DNA from: Methanobacteriota archaeon
Lineage (GTDB): Archaea > Halobacteriota > Bog-38 > Methanoflorentales > Methanoflorentaceae
Length of the DNA stretch: 64,000 nucleotides
Direction: 5' to 3'
NCBI GenBank assembly: GCA_963720465.1
Contig: OY970393.1
Location: forward strand, 1,920,001 to 1,984,000
Positions 21,309 to 29,880 of the stretch are shown here, one piece after another. The notes under the pieces were generated by a model that was not told where the DNA came from, searched no databases, and was given only the letters and a program-made list of their open reading frames with translations. Each line of letters opens with the position of its first letter. Position 1 is the stretch's first letter. The position numbers were made by a program, and so were the translations under genes.

Positions 21309-24046
21309 AGATCGATAGCATTCGCCTTAAGAATATAAGGACATTCGTTGATTCTGGCGAGATATTGCTTGGCGACGGTACGGTATCTATCTATGGGGAA
21401 AACGGCGCGGGAAAGAGTACCATTGTAGATTGCATTGGGCGAGCGATTTTTGGCTACGACCCGCAAGGCATAAAACCCGCAGTAATTGACTACAGAGGGA
21501 CGAAACACAAGCAAGGCGTGGTAGAATATCTTCTTAGGAAAGGTGAGACTGACGGCTTAATTGAAGTCAAATTCTCCAACAAAGGAAAGGCGTTCCACGT
21601 TGTAAACAGACTATCCCGCACAGCGCCGCAAACCTGGGAGCTTTATATCGACGAAAGAAATCCCAAGCTGTTCGGAAAGGATGAGATCCACCAGCGAATC
21701 GTGGATGAGCTCGGTGTTTCGGCCGACTACAGTGAATCAGCCAGCAGTTTGTTTGCAAATATTATTTGTGTTCAACAAGGCAAAATCATAAACGAGTTTG
21801 AGTACAGCGCTCAAGCTCGGAAGGACCATTTTGATCGGGTGCTAGGGCTATACCGTTACAGGCAAGCCTACGATGATTCGAAGCACGTCAAGAACAATTT
21901 CAAAGAGAAAGCGACTAAGCAGGAGGGCGATGTTCGCGTAGTCAATTCGAGCGTTGAACACCTGAGCCAACAAATCAAAAGCTTGAAAGAACACGAAGAT
22001 GAAGCGAGTATCCTAGACCGCGAGCTCGAAGACATCGACAAACAAATAACTTCACTACGCGGACGCAAACAAGTTTTTGACGAGCTAAGTGAAAAAATCA
22101 GCAAACTTGAACTCGAGCTTAATGCCAATGAGACTCAAATAGGTGCTCTGAAAATCAACCTAAGTAATATCGAGAGAGAACTGAAAGACAGTCGCAGCGC
22201 AAAGCAGATAGTTGAAGCTAATCATCAATCTTTCCTACGATATGGCCAAATCTCAAATGAGCTTCAAGAGGTGCGAGGGTATCTTCGGCAAATTGCAACA
22301 CTTCAGGGAGATCTTTCCGTCAAACAAAGGGAATATGATCGTCTTGAAAATGAAAAGCAAAACAAAATAGTCGACCTAGATAATTTTCGAAACTCCCGGC
22401 AAAGAGCAACAGACCTCAAAAAGCACTCTGACGATTATCGTAGGCGTCAGACTGAACTGGAAGCATTAACGAGTAACCAACTGAGATATGAGACCCTTTT
22501 GAATAAGCTAAAAGACGACCAAGAAGCACTAAACGAAGATGAATCTGAGATCAAAGCAGCTGAGCTGCAACTTCAAAGCTACGAAGCTCTAAGAACCGAA
22601 GCTGATCTTCTGGAGGGTTTAAACAGGGAATATAATACAATAACTGCGCTTCTGGGAGAACGAAACGGTCAGAAGCTACAACTTGAGAAGGAATTGGCAG
22701 ATCTGTTAGAAGGGATCTGTCCTTACACCCATGAGACTTGCGAATCAATCCAAGAGCTCGGCCAAAAGCAAAAGCAAAAAGTAGAACAAATTCAGCGAGA
22801 TCTAGTCAAACTGGACTTCAAAAAGAGACAAAAATCGGAAGCAATTAAGCAAGCTGCTGAATCTGAAAAGACGCTCCGCATACTCGAAAAGAAGAAACAC
22901 GAGCTAGATCTTCTAAAGAACGAAGTGCACAACGTCAACACTGATATCAAGGGCCTGGTCGCCGAGATTAACCACTTAGGCGATTCTTCTGAAGCAATCA
23001 AAAACACAAAAGCGCGCCTTGATGAGTTAAAACCAGTAGCCGAGGAGTTTAACTCGCTATGGTATTACATTCAAAGGTTCGATGAAGATGTGACTCTACA
23101 AGAGATTACTAGCGTTGACGAAAAGCAATCTCGACTGGCGCAGGCTCTCGAAAGAATTGATGAAGAAACGGCGAAGCTTTCTGAAGCAGGCGGGAACGAA
23201 GAAAACGAAACGAGGCTAACTGAGGAACTGAAAGAAGTGAAATCTGCTTATGATCTTTACTTGGCGTCTCTAAACAACGCAGAGAAATTGGAAGAAGCAG
23301 AAATCAGTTATGATGATCTGCGCAGCAGACTTCAGTCTTTAGAGGGTCACCGAGAGGAATTAGATAACAGAGCACTCGAAACGAAAATTATCTACGATAA
23401 ACAGGAACATCAGAGAATCCTGGAAGAGCTAGATGAGAGACAGGGAATCTTCAAAGAAAAAAAAGGGGTCCTAACGCAATTACTCAAACAGATTGATCAA
23501 GAAAAGTCAATCGAAAGTGACGTTGAAGAGAAAAAAGGAGAGTTAATGGCCGCTGAAGTCGAACTTAAAGAAATCAAATCCGATGCTGCATTTTTTGACG
23601 AGATTCGGGCTAGTTTTAAGAAATTGAGTTCCCTGCGTCCAGTCTACACGAGAGAGATAAGTAAGCGCGCAGCACGTTACTGGTCAAGTCTCGTCGGTGA
23701 AGGATCTCAACTGTTTTGGCAAGAAGATTACCTAATCTACAAAACAATAAACGATAATGTAATCTCCCTGTACGAAATGAGTGGTGGAGAGAAAATTTCA
23801 GCGTGCCTCAGTATTCGCCTAGCGCTTCAAGAAGTTATCGGCGGACTCGGCCTTTTCATTCTTGACGAACCTACGATACATCTTGATGAGGAACGCCGTA
23901 ACAACTTGGCAAACCAAATAGGTGGAATTAAAGGATTAAGCCAAGTCATCGTTATAAGTCACGACAATGCTTTTCATTCGCACACAAGGCAACAAATCAC
24001 TATTCAAAGAGAATCTGAGGGCGGTGGCAGCTCTGTAGAATGGTGA
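21305..24046 (+). CDS. rad50: Rad50/SbcC SMC-family ATPase
   Basis: GENGAGKST, QQG, long coiled coil with central CPYTHETC, MSGGE, ILDEPT, SHD; ATGA overlap with mre11. Confidence 0.93.
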   Translation: MKIDSIRLKNIRTFVDSGEILLGDGTVSIYGENGAGKSTIVDCIGRAIFGYDPQGIKPAVIDYRGTKHKQGVVEYLLRKGETDGLIEVKFSNKGKAFHVVNRLSRTAPQTWELYIDERNPKLFGKDEIHQRIVDELGVSADYSESASSLFANIICVQQGKIINEFEYSAQARKDHFDRVLGLYRYRQAYDDSKHVKNNFKEKATKQEGDVRVVNSSVEHLSQQIKSLKEHEDEASILDRELEDIDKQITSLRGRKQVFDELSEKISKLELELNANETQIGALKINLSNIERELKDSRSAKQIVEANHQSFLRYGQISNELQEVRGYLRQIATLQGDLSVKQREYDRLENEKQNKIVDLDNFRNSRQRATDLKKHSDDYRRRQTELEALTSNQLRYETLLNKLKDDQEALNEDESEIKAAELQLQSYEALRTEADLLEGLNREYNTITALLGERNGQKLQLEKELADLLEGICPYTHETCESIQELGQKQKQKVEQIQRDLVKLDFKKRQKSEAIKQAAESEKTLRILEKKKHELDLLKNEVHNVNTDIKGLVAEINHLGDSSEAIKNTKARLDELKPVAEEFNSLWYYIQRFDEDVTLQEITSVDEKQSRLAQALERIDEETAKLSEAGGNEENETRLTEELKEVKSAYDLYLASLNNAEKLEEAEISYDDLRSRLQSLEGHREELDNRALETKIIYDKQEHQRILEELDERQGIFKEKKGVLTQLLKQIDQEKSIESDVEEKKGELMAAEVELKEIKSDAAFFDEIRASFKKLSSLRPVYTREISKRAARYWSSLVGEGSQLFWQEDYLIYKTINDNVISLYEMSGGEKISACLSIRLALQEVIGGLGLFILDEPTIHLDEERRNNLANQIGGIKGLSQVIVISHDNAFHSHTRQQITIQRESEGGGSSVEW

Positions 24047-25191
24047 AATTAGATCCCTTCTGGATGTACAGCGCAGTTGAGTCTCGAGTTGACGATCTCT
24101 CACGCATCTACTTTAAAAAGAAAGAAGAATGCGAGGCGCTGCGCTCTCAGTTTGAAAACGCATTGAAACTTGACCCACAGGTGATGTTTGAAAGTAACAA
24201 CGCCGAGTATCCGACTATACCCCTAGAAAATCGATGGATTAGCTCAATACGTCCAGATTTCAAATCAATTGAAGAAATGATGGCTTGGGCCCACGGCGTA
24301 CTAGAAGGCAAATTGGTTGCTGCCGTTGATGGTAGTCAGATACCGTATGACAGGGCAAATTCGATACCGACCGCGCTATGCCGCAGTTTTTTGTTTGCAA
24401 ATAAGCATGATGGCTCTTGCATTACCAAAGATTGTTGTAGATGCCTCTTGCCACAAGACAGCCTTGAAATGTCCAGAGATGAGACCATAATACTCCCCGA
24501 TCTGAGCTTTCGCAGATTCGCTTCTGAGATCGATATTGCTTTGAACAACCTGTCGCTGGAGATGGATGTGCTGTTGCTCGATGGGCCATTGATCATGTCT
24601 TTCTTGCACTTGTATAGAAAGAACGTATACAGATCAAGATACATTGGAAAGCTTCTAGCACTCCTGAAAAGCGCTGAAAAAAAGGTCGCGCTAATAGGCT
24701 ATCTCGACGTGTCACACGCTAAGGACTTGACAAAGACAGCTGGTTCCTTATTCGGACTGAATACGAGCAACTTAACTGACCCAGAACTACTCAACGATTA
24801 TCTTGGCGTATTTGATCGGACTTGCGCATTTCTTTCTCAAGATTCGATTCTTCAGCAATACAGAGGTAACGTGGACGGAAAACGCGTAGATTACTCCAAT
24901 CAGATGTGCTTTGCTTATTTGAGGGTTAACTCGCAAAGACCTGTAAGAATAGAATTCCCTCGTTGGGTCGTTGCGGAGGGAAAGCTAAACGATATCACAC
25001 GCTTGATTTGCGCAAGCTCCGCAATTGGAGCTGGTTATCCGTACGAGCTATCGAAGGCCCACGAGAACGTGGTACTGGGCTCCGAAGATCAAGCTAATTT
25101 CCAAAGAGTTGTAGAAGCGATAGCGAGTCAAAATGAATTCGAATTTGCCGCATCGCTCAAACATATTAGAAAGGAGAATCCGGTACAATGA
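24040..25191 (+). CDS. nurA: NurA 5'-3' nuclease
   Basis: AAVDGSQI, LLDGPL, RIEFP, GYPYELSKAHE. Confidence 0.9.
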   Translation: MVKLDPFWMYSAVESRVDDLSRIYFKKKEECEALRSQFENALKLDPQVMFESNNAEYPTIPLENRWISSIRPDFKSIEEMMAWAHGVLEGKLVAAVDGSQIPYDRANSIPTALCRSFLFANKHDGSCITKDCCRCLLPQDSLEMSRDETIILPDLSFRRFASEIDIALNNLSLEMDVLLLDGPLIMSFLHLYRKNVYRSRYIGKLLALLKSAEKKVALIGYLDVSHAKDLTKTAGSLFGLNTSNLTDPELLNDYLGVFDRTCAFLSQDSILQQYRGNVDGKRVDYSNQMCFAYLRVNSQRPVRIEFPRWVVAEGKLNDITRLICASSAIGAGYPYELSKAHENVVLGSEDQANFQRVVEAIASQNEFEFAASLKHIRKENPVQ

Positions 25192-25772
25192 CTCTAATTG
25201 GAGAAATAATGAGAGTTGATTCGGTTCTTGATTGGTTCGGCGAGGTGTATCATGAAAAGGCGGTTACCAACCCTCCAAAAAGAGACGATTATAGCTACGG
25301 AACGTTCGTAAGAGTTGAAGCTTTGGATGTCAAACTCGTGGCCATTATCAATAACGCACACATATATAACCCAGATTACGGGCTTCCGAACATTAAGCCG
25401 CTGTTACCACAGCAAAACAAAGTTATCTTTCCGGACTTTTTCAACGAAATCAAGAAACTGATTAGCTTATATTGCCTAGGTTACATAGATGGGGGGAGGT
25501 CGAGCCACGATTATCCGACAGTTGTCCCAGAATTGCATGACAAGATTTTCAAGATGTCACACAACGAGATTCGCGAATTCCATACACGGGATGGAAAATT
25601 GAGCTTGAGCTATTTGCCGCGCGTATCCAATTTTCATGATTATCCCTACATGCTAGACAAAATAACAACAGTACTGCGAAAAGTTTGTCCTGAGTCTTTA
25701 GAGCTTATTGACAAAGTGCAGAACGAATGCCAGTTTGGAACTTGCATTCAAGGGATGGGGCGAAGGCGATGA
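25188..25772 (+). CDS. uncharacterised protein, putative stand-alone HAS-barrel
   Basis: ATGA overlaps on both sides; IGEI...PP...YGTFVRVE...LVAII...LGY...PELHDKIF parallels the HAS barrel of HerA N-termini. Confidence 0.75.
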   Translation: MTLIGEIMRVDSVLDWFGEVYHEKAVTNPPKRDDYSYGTFVRVEALDVKLVAIINNAHIYNPDYGLPNIKPLLPQQNKVIFPDFFNEIKKLISLYCLGYIDGGRSSHDYPTVVPELHDKIFKMSHNEIREFHTRDGKLSLSYLPRVSNFHDYPYMLDKITTVLRKVCPESLELIDKVQNECQFGTCIQGMGRRR

Positions 25773-27301
25773 CATTCATAGGTAGGGCAAAAGGTCCTGG
25801 TCACCGCGCAGGAGAGTTTGCTTTTGTAGCGAACCGGCTGGATGATGCACAACTTGGGGAGTTTGTATGTTATGGAGCGGAAAGAACGCTGCTGGCTAGA
25901 ATTTTAGAGAGGGGGGATTACGAAACTTTTCCAAACAACTTTTTGAACAGCCCCAGTCATTCTCCGCACGAGATCGCAGAAGTTTTTGGCGCCGAATCGA
26001 CGAGCAATGTTGCATCGTACACCATCATAGCTAAAGTCCTTGGAGAATTCAATGCAGAAAATCGTACGTTTAAAGGCACTCGGAGACTCCCACAAGTCGG
26101 AGATCCCATCTATCTCGCAAATAGCACTCTTCTAAACGACGTGCTGCGGCCTGGGAAGGAAACAGGAATCATAGAAATAGGGACTCTTGCGACTCGAGAT
26201 GAAGGAGTGGGAGTTAGTCTCGATCTAAATGAAATAGCTTCTCGCCATTTGGCTGTTTTAGCCTCGACCGGAAGTGGCAAGTCTTACACGATTGGTGTAA
26301 TCTTAGAAGAACTGGTAGGTGCTCAAAATCGCGGATCTGCAGTTTTGTTCGACATACACGGTGAGTACAAGGACATGCCACTTACTGCGAGTTTTGAGGA
26401 TCATTTCACCGTAGTACGTCCGTTTATTAAGATACGGGACCTAACAGTTCAGGACTACAGCAATATATTCGGGCCTGATTTTTCAGGCAAGATGAAGGAG
26501 AGGTTATACCCAATCCTTAAAGAACTAAAAAAACAAGCTGAAAACTTCGATTTTAGTGACGTCTTAGGTAAATTAGGTAACGACACTAATGATGCTACTG
26601 ATGCCGCGATCAAGTGGCGATTACGATCGCTTAAACTGAAAAGCTTATTCTCTCGTGATCAGGATACACCGCTAACGCTGATCTGCAAACCAGGACACGT
26701 TTCGATAATTGATTTGACCGATCTGGACGAGGCAGAGGCTCGGATAGCCGTAGGATACTTAAGTTGGAAAGTTTTGCGTGCACGACAAAACTACAAAAAT
26801 GGCAAAGCATCCCTTGATACTCTTGAATTTCCTGTCATACTAGTGATTGAGGAAGCTCACCAGTTTGCACCATCAAAGGAAGACATTCCCTCAGGGCGTC
26901 AGCTAAAACATATAGCACGGGAAGGCCGGAAATTCGGCGTCGGTTTGATAATAGCAACGCAGAGGCCTAGCCGATTGGACGAAGACGTGCTATCTCAATG
27001 TAATTCCAGCATCATTATGAAGATAAACAACTCCAGCGATCAAGATTCTATTAGACGAGGAGTTGAATCAGTGAGCGACGATCTCATAAGCGACTTGCCT
27101 AGCTTGGAAGTGGGACAAGCAGTTATTTGTGGGGTTTGCACAAACACTCCTGCTCTTGTATCAATCAAATCAAGAAAAACTGCACATGCTGGCACGACTC
27201 CCGATTTTGCTGGCGAGTGCCGTAAGCGCTACGAGGATCACGCAAAAAAAGTCGAATACCATTCAAGGCCTTATCAACCAACAGAGCGAAATGAACTGTG
27301 A
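25769..27301 (+). CDS. herA: HerA helicase/translocase
   Basis: ATG at 25769 overlaps the previous stop; HLAVLASTGSGKSY, FDIHGEY, IEEAHQF, IAREGRKFG, TQRPS. Confidence 0.93.
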   Translation: MTFIGRAKGPGHRAGEFAFVANRLDDAQLGEFVCYGAERTLLARILERGDYETFPNNFLNSPSHSPHEIAEVFGAESTSNVASYTIIAKVLGEFNAENRTFKGTRRLPQVGDPIYLANSTLLNDVLRPGKETGIIEIGTLATRDEGVGVSLDLNEIASRHLAVLASTGSGKSYTIGVILEELVGAQNRGSAVLFDIHGEYKDMPLTASFEDHFTVVRPFIKIRDLTVQDYSNIFGPDFSGKMKERLYPILKELKKQAENFDFSDVLGKLGNDTNDATDAAIKWRLRSLKLKSLFSRDQDTPLTLICKPGHVSIIDLTDLDEAEARIAVGYLSWKVLRARQNYKNGKASLDTLEFPVILVIEEAHQFAPSKEDIPSGRQLKHIAREGRKFGVGLIIATQRPSRLDEDVLSQCNSSIIMKINNSSDQDSIRRGVESVSDDLISDLPSLEVGQAVICGVCTNTPALVSIKSRKTAHAGTTPDFAGECRKRYEDHAKKVEYHSRPYQPTERNEL

Positions 27302-27542
27302 CGGACTCTCTTGCGAACAAAGGCATTCTCTTTTAGAAACGGCATTCGGGCCCTCTCAACCATTCAGACGGAAAGTGCTGTAGACTAGGGTGGTTAAGCG
27401 CGAGCTGTCAAGTTAAGTTGGTGGTATGACCCTTAGTGCTTCTTTGAATTAAGACGTAAGCCGCGACGACTACTCAGTCATCTTGTTACTTTTAGGCCTG
27501 TAGGGCAAGACGATAACTCAAGTTGGGAGTGTCCCACTATCA

Positions 27543-27610
27543 GGTTCTGTTAAATCAAGAGTTGTTAAATCAAGAGTTGTTAAAAGTGGGTTGTTAACAA
27601 GAGTTGGTAA
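27543..27610 (+). repeat. left terminal inverted repeat with TGTTAA subterminal repeats
   Basis: TGTTAA at 14-15 bp spacing four times, including a perfect 15-bp tandem TGTTAAATCAAGAGT x2 (27548-27577). Confidence 0.85.
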
Positions 27611-27676
27611 AGCACACTTTGTTGCGTCGATTTAAAAACATTTAATAGCACTTGATTTCTCGTTACGCCATGGTTT

Positions 27677-28336
27677 ATGTCGGAACGTAACGAGGGGTTA
27701 CAGTACGCAACAATCGACAAAGCGTACGAGCAAACATCAATAAGAAAAAGAATCGAAGCGTTATTCCTTGACAATATCGGCAAAATTGTAACGCATGAGC
27801 AAATAGTGCAAGTTGCGAGAAATCCAAAGACGGGTGTAGACCCTGAAGATTGGCATCAACGTTTATCGGAATTAAGGACTGACGACGGTTATACTATCTT
27901 ATCGTACCGAGATACCCCAAACTTAAAAGTAAGCGAATATATGATGCCCTCGCGGGAAAGGCGGCCAAAAGCTGATAAACGGGTGCAACCTGAGAAAAAT
28001 ACGTGGCAACAAGTGCTTGAACGCGCAAATCATCAATGCGAGTGGGCAGAAGACGGGATGCCTTGTCGGCTAACAGAAGGGGATGTTGACCCGGTTAGCG
28101 GGGGACGTGTCAAACTTACGCCTGACCACAAAACCCCACACTCAACGAACCCGAACGCTGACCGAAATAACCCGCATGCGTGGCAGGCAATGTGTGGCAG
28201 GCATCAAGTAATGAAAAAGAATTATTGGGATAATGAAACTGGAAAACTGAACGTAATTGCCATTATTCAGTCTGCGTCCAAAAAAGACAAGCGAGCCGTA
28301 TATAATCTTCTAAAAGATTACTTCGGCGAGTCCTGA
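27677..28336 (+). CDS. HNH-family (restriction) endonuclease
   Basis: N-terminal wHTH-like WHQRLSELRTDDGY, then CEW...C...TPDHKTPH...WQAMCGRHQVMKKN; convergent with a methyltransferase. Confidence 0.75.
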   Translation: MSERNEGLQYATIDKAYEQTSIRKRIEALFLDNIGKIVTHEQIVQVARNPKTGVDPEDWHQRLSELRTDDGYTILSYRDTPNLKVSEYMMPSRERRPKADKRVQPEKNTWQQVLERANHQCEWAEDGMPCRLTEGDVDPVSGGRVKLTPDHKTPHSTNPNADRNNPHAWQAMCGRHQVMKKNYWDNETGKLNVIAIIQSASKKDKRAVYNLLKDYFGES

Positions 28337-28345
28337 ATGTTGTCA

Positions 28346-29125
28346 TCATGACTTCAAACGTTCAATTCCCAGGCGGTCTTCGACCATTTTGATGCGTTCC
28401 TCGTTCTGGTCACAAAGGATTGCACGCCTTCCTAGCTTTCTACATACTTCCCCCGTTGTGCCTGTGCCACACATTGGGTCTAAGACTAAATCCCCTTCTA
28501 TCGTAGTCATTTTAATGAGGGGTTCAATCACTTTAGCAGGCTTTTGAGCTGTTTTTGAGGGGTTCCCTATCTGTTCATTTCTTCCAACGAAGCCAATAAG
28601 GAGGGCTGATTCAATCACCGTAGGTGGCCCGGGAATATACCGTAACTTGTTGCTGTGATATTTCTCAAGTTGCACTTCATTCATGAAATGTTCAGGATAC
28701 AGCTTTGCAAAGAATTTGGCGATATGCAGACACGTTAATTGGGCAGAACGCCAACCACGTATTACCGTTGGGCAGTTCTTGTAGTACCACGTCAGCCATG
28801 CCACGAGTTCGGTTCCTTCAGGTAACGTATCGAGCACTTTGTAAACAATCTCAGGAAAACCCCATACAAGAATGTGGTCTGAGACTTTGCTCGTCTCAGC
28901 TATTACTGAATTGAGCCACGGAATATAATCCTCTCGCTGGCCGCCGACTCCTTTGTTGTACCACGGGTCAAGTAAGGTGGCAGTGACGTGCGTATTGATG
29001 CTTGAAAGTGTATCAAATACGTCCTGTGGGGGTAGTATGACTATATCACCCTCTTTAAGTGCCTCGCTTACTTCCTTTTGCACGGTTTGCTCTCCGTTCA
29101 ACAACAGAGATTCTTTCATATTCAC
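28346..29125 (-). CDS. site-specific DNA methyltransferase (N4-C/N6-A, beta order)
   Basis: DPWY catalytic motif precedes QKP and the VLDPMCGTGTT SAM-binding motif. Confidence 0.88.
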   Translation of the reverse strand: MNMKESLLLNGEQTVQKEVSEALKEGDIVILPPQDVFDTLSSINTHVTATLLDPWYNKGVGGQREDYIPWLNSVIAETSKVSDHILVWGFPEIVYKVLDTLPEGTELVAWLTWYYKNCPTVIRGWRSAQLTCLHIAKFFAKLYPEHFMNEVQLEKYHSNKLRYIPGPPTVIESALLIGFVGRNEQIGNPSKTAQKPAKVIEPLIKMTTIEGDLVLDPMCGTGTTGEVCRKLGRRAILCDQNEERIKMVEDRLGIERLKS

Positions 29126-29310
29126 TCTTGTGTTGTGCCAGAATGGACAGGACTGACAATAATTATCAGTTCTCCGTTTCTTACTTCAAGCTTCCAGCTT
29201 AGCGAATCTTCGCTTGTTAAGTCAAACTGTTTGACAATACTTCTCGGTACGGTTGTTCTCAGCGACTCCTTTTTCGACGTTGCTGGAGTAAGTTTTGTTA
29301 ATTCGCTCAT
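29122..29310 (-). CDS. AbrB/MazE/SpoVT-type DNA-binding protein
   Basis: SLRTTVPRSIVKQFDLTSEDSLSW; stop overlaps the methyltransferase start (GTGA). Confidence 0.8.
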   Translation of the reverse strand: MSELTKLTPATSKKESLRTTVPRSIVKQFDLTSEDSLSWKLEVRNGELIIIVSPVHSGTTQE

Positions 29311-29312
29311 AG

Positions 29313-29402
29313 TTTACCTCTTAATAGGCATATACCTCCTTCTGTATAAATTTACCTATTAATAGTCCTTCAGTGTTACCTAAGAATATATGAATAGGTA
29401 AA
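29313..29402. promoter_or_regulatory. putative operator repeats in a divergent promoter
   Basis: TTTACCTCTTAATAGG (29313), TTTACCTATTAATAG (29351), TTACCTA (29376), inverted AATAGGTAAA (29393). Confidence 0.55.
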
Positions 29403-29407
29403 GTATT

Positions 29408-29693
29408 ATGATAGCAAGAACCCAAACTTTGGGGCCGAGAATCTTTAAAGGCTATGAATTTGTTGCTACTTAGCATCGCATAACGCTCACTCTTTTTTAA
29501 CGCCTCTCAGTCCAGCGATACGCAGTACGAAGTCCACATTTCAGAGTAGGAAAGTAGCTACACCCGTCCCGACCACGTGCCGAAAACGCAGTGCAAGCAC
29601 ATTGTAGCTGTAAGATTATGGCTTGCGCTTAAAGACAAGTTAGTGGCTCGCGCGCAACGAGCACTTTTAAAATTTCTAAATTTAGATATCTAA
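29408..29693 (+). pseudogene. decayed N-terminal SWIM zinc-finger region of an archaeal IS6-like transposase
   Basis: MIARTQTLGPRIFKGYEFVAT*HRI..., frameshift, SQSSDTQYEVHISE*ESSYTRPDHVPKTQCKHIVAVRLWLALKDKL matches SQS..Y.V...CxCPD...CKHIxAV with the first two Cys lost. Confidence 0.65.
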
Positions 29694-29764
29694 AGCTTTA
29701 AGATATTTTTTTGTTCTTATTCTAATCAGTATTGTGAAGGTTTATGAAGTGTATTCCGCACACC

Positions 29765-29813
29765 ACCCCCTTATTAACAACCCAAAATTAACAACCCTCA
29801 TTTTAACAGCTCC
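29765..29813 (-). repeat. right terminal inverted repeat
   Basis: TTAACAACCC twice, then TTTTAACAGCTCC, mirroring the left end. Confidence 0.8.
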
Positions 29814-29880
29814 GAATAAAGAGGGGGTATGAATAAAATGCTATCGAGTACCCCCACAGCTTCATCAAGAAATAGCAAAA

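Larger units (their letters stand above)
27543..29813. mobile_element. non-autonomous IS6-like cargo transposon carrying a restriction-modification module
   Basis: Left end GGTTCTGTTAAATCAAGAGTTGTTAA...GGGTTGTTAACAAG; right end (reverse complement) GGAGCTGTTAAAATGAGGGTTGTTAATTTTGGGTTGTTAATAAG; internal SWIM-transposase relic; no target-site duplication. Confidence 0.65.

Noticed and set aside
27548-27610. Short repeats as a CRISPR array
   Set aside because: Period is 14-15 bp with no unique spacers and no cas genes; an inverted counterpart at 29765-29813 fits transposon ends
27535-29821. Target-site duplication around the element
   Set aside because: Flanks CACTATCA and GAATAAAG do not match; a GTTC/GCTC near-match under a TGT...ACA end definition is better read as part of the inverted repeat
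29823-29855. GGGGGTA...TACCCCC as a casposon-like end
   Set aside because: Local 7-bp stem just past the sod stop, with no partner end, casposase or PolB; more likely a transcript 3' structure
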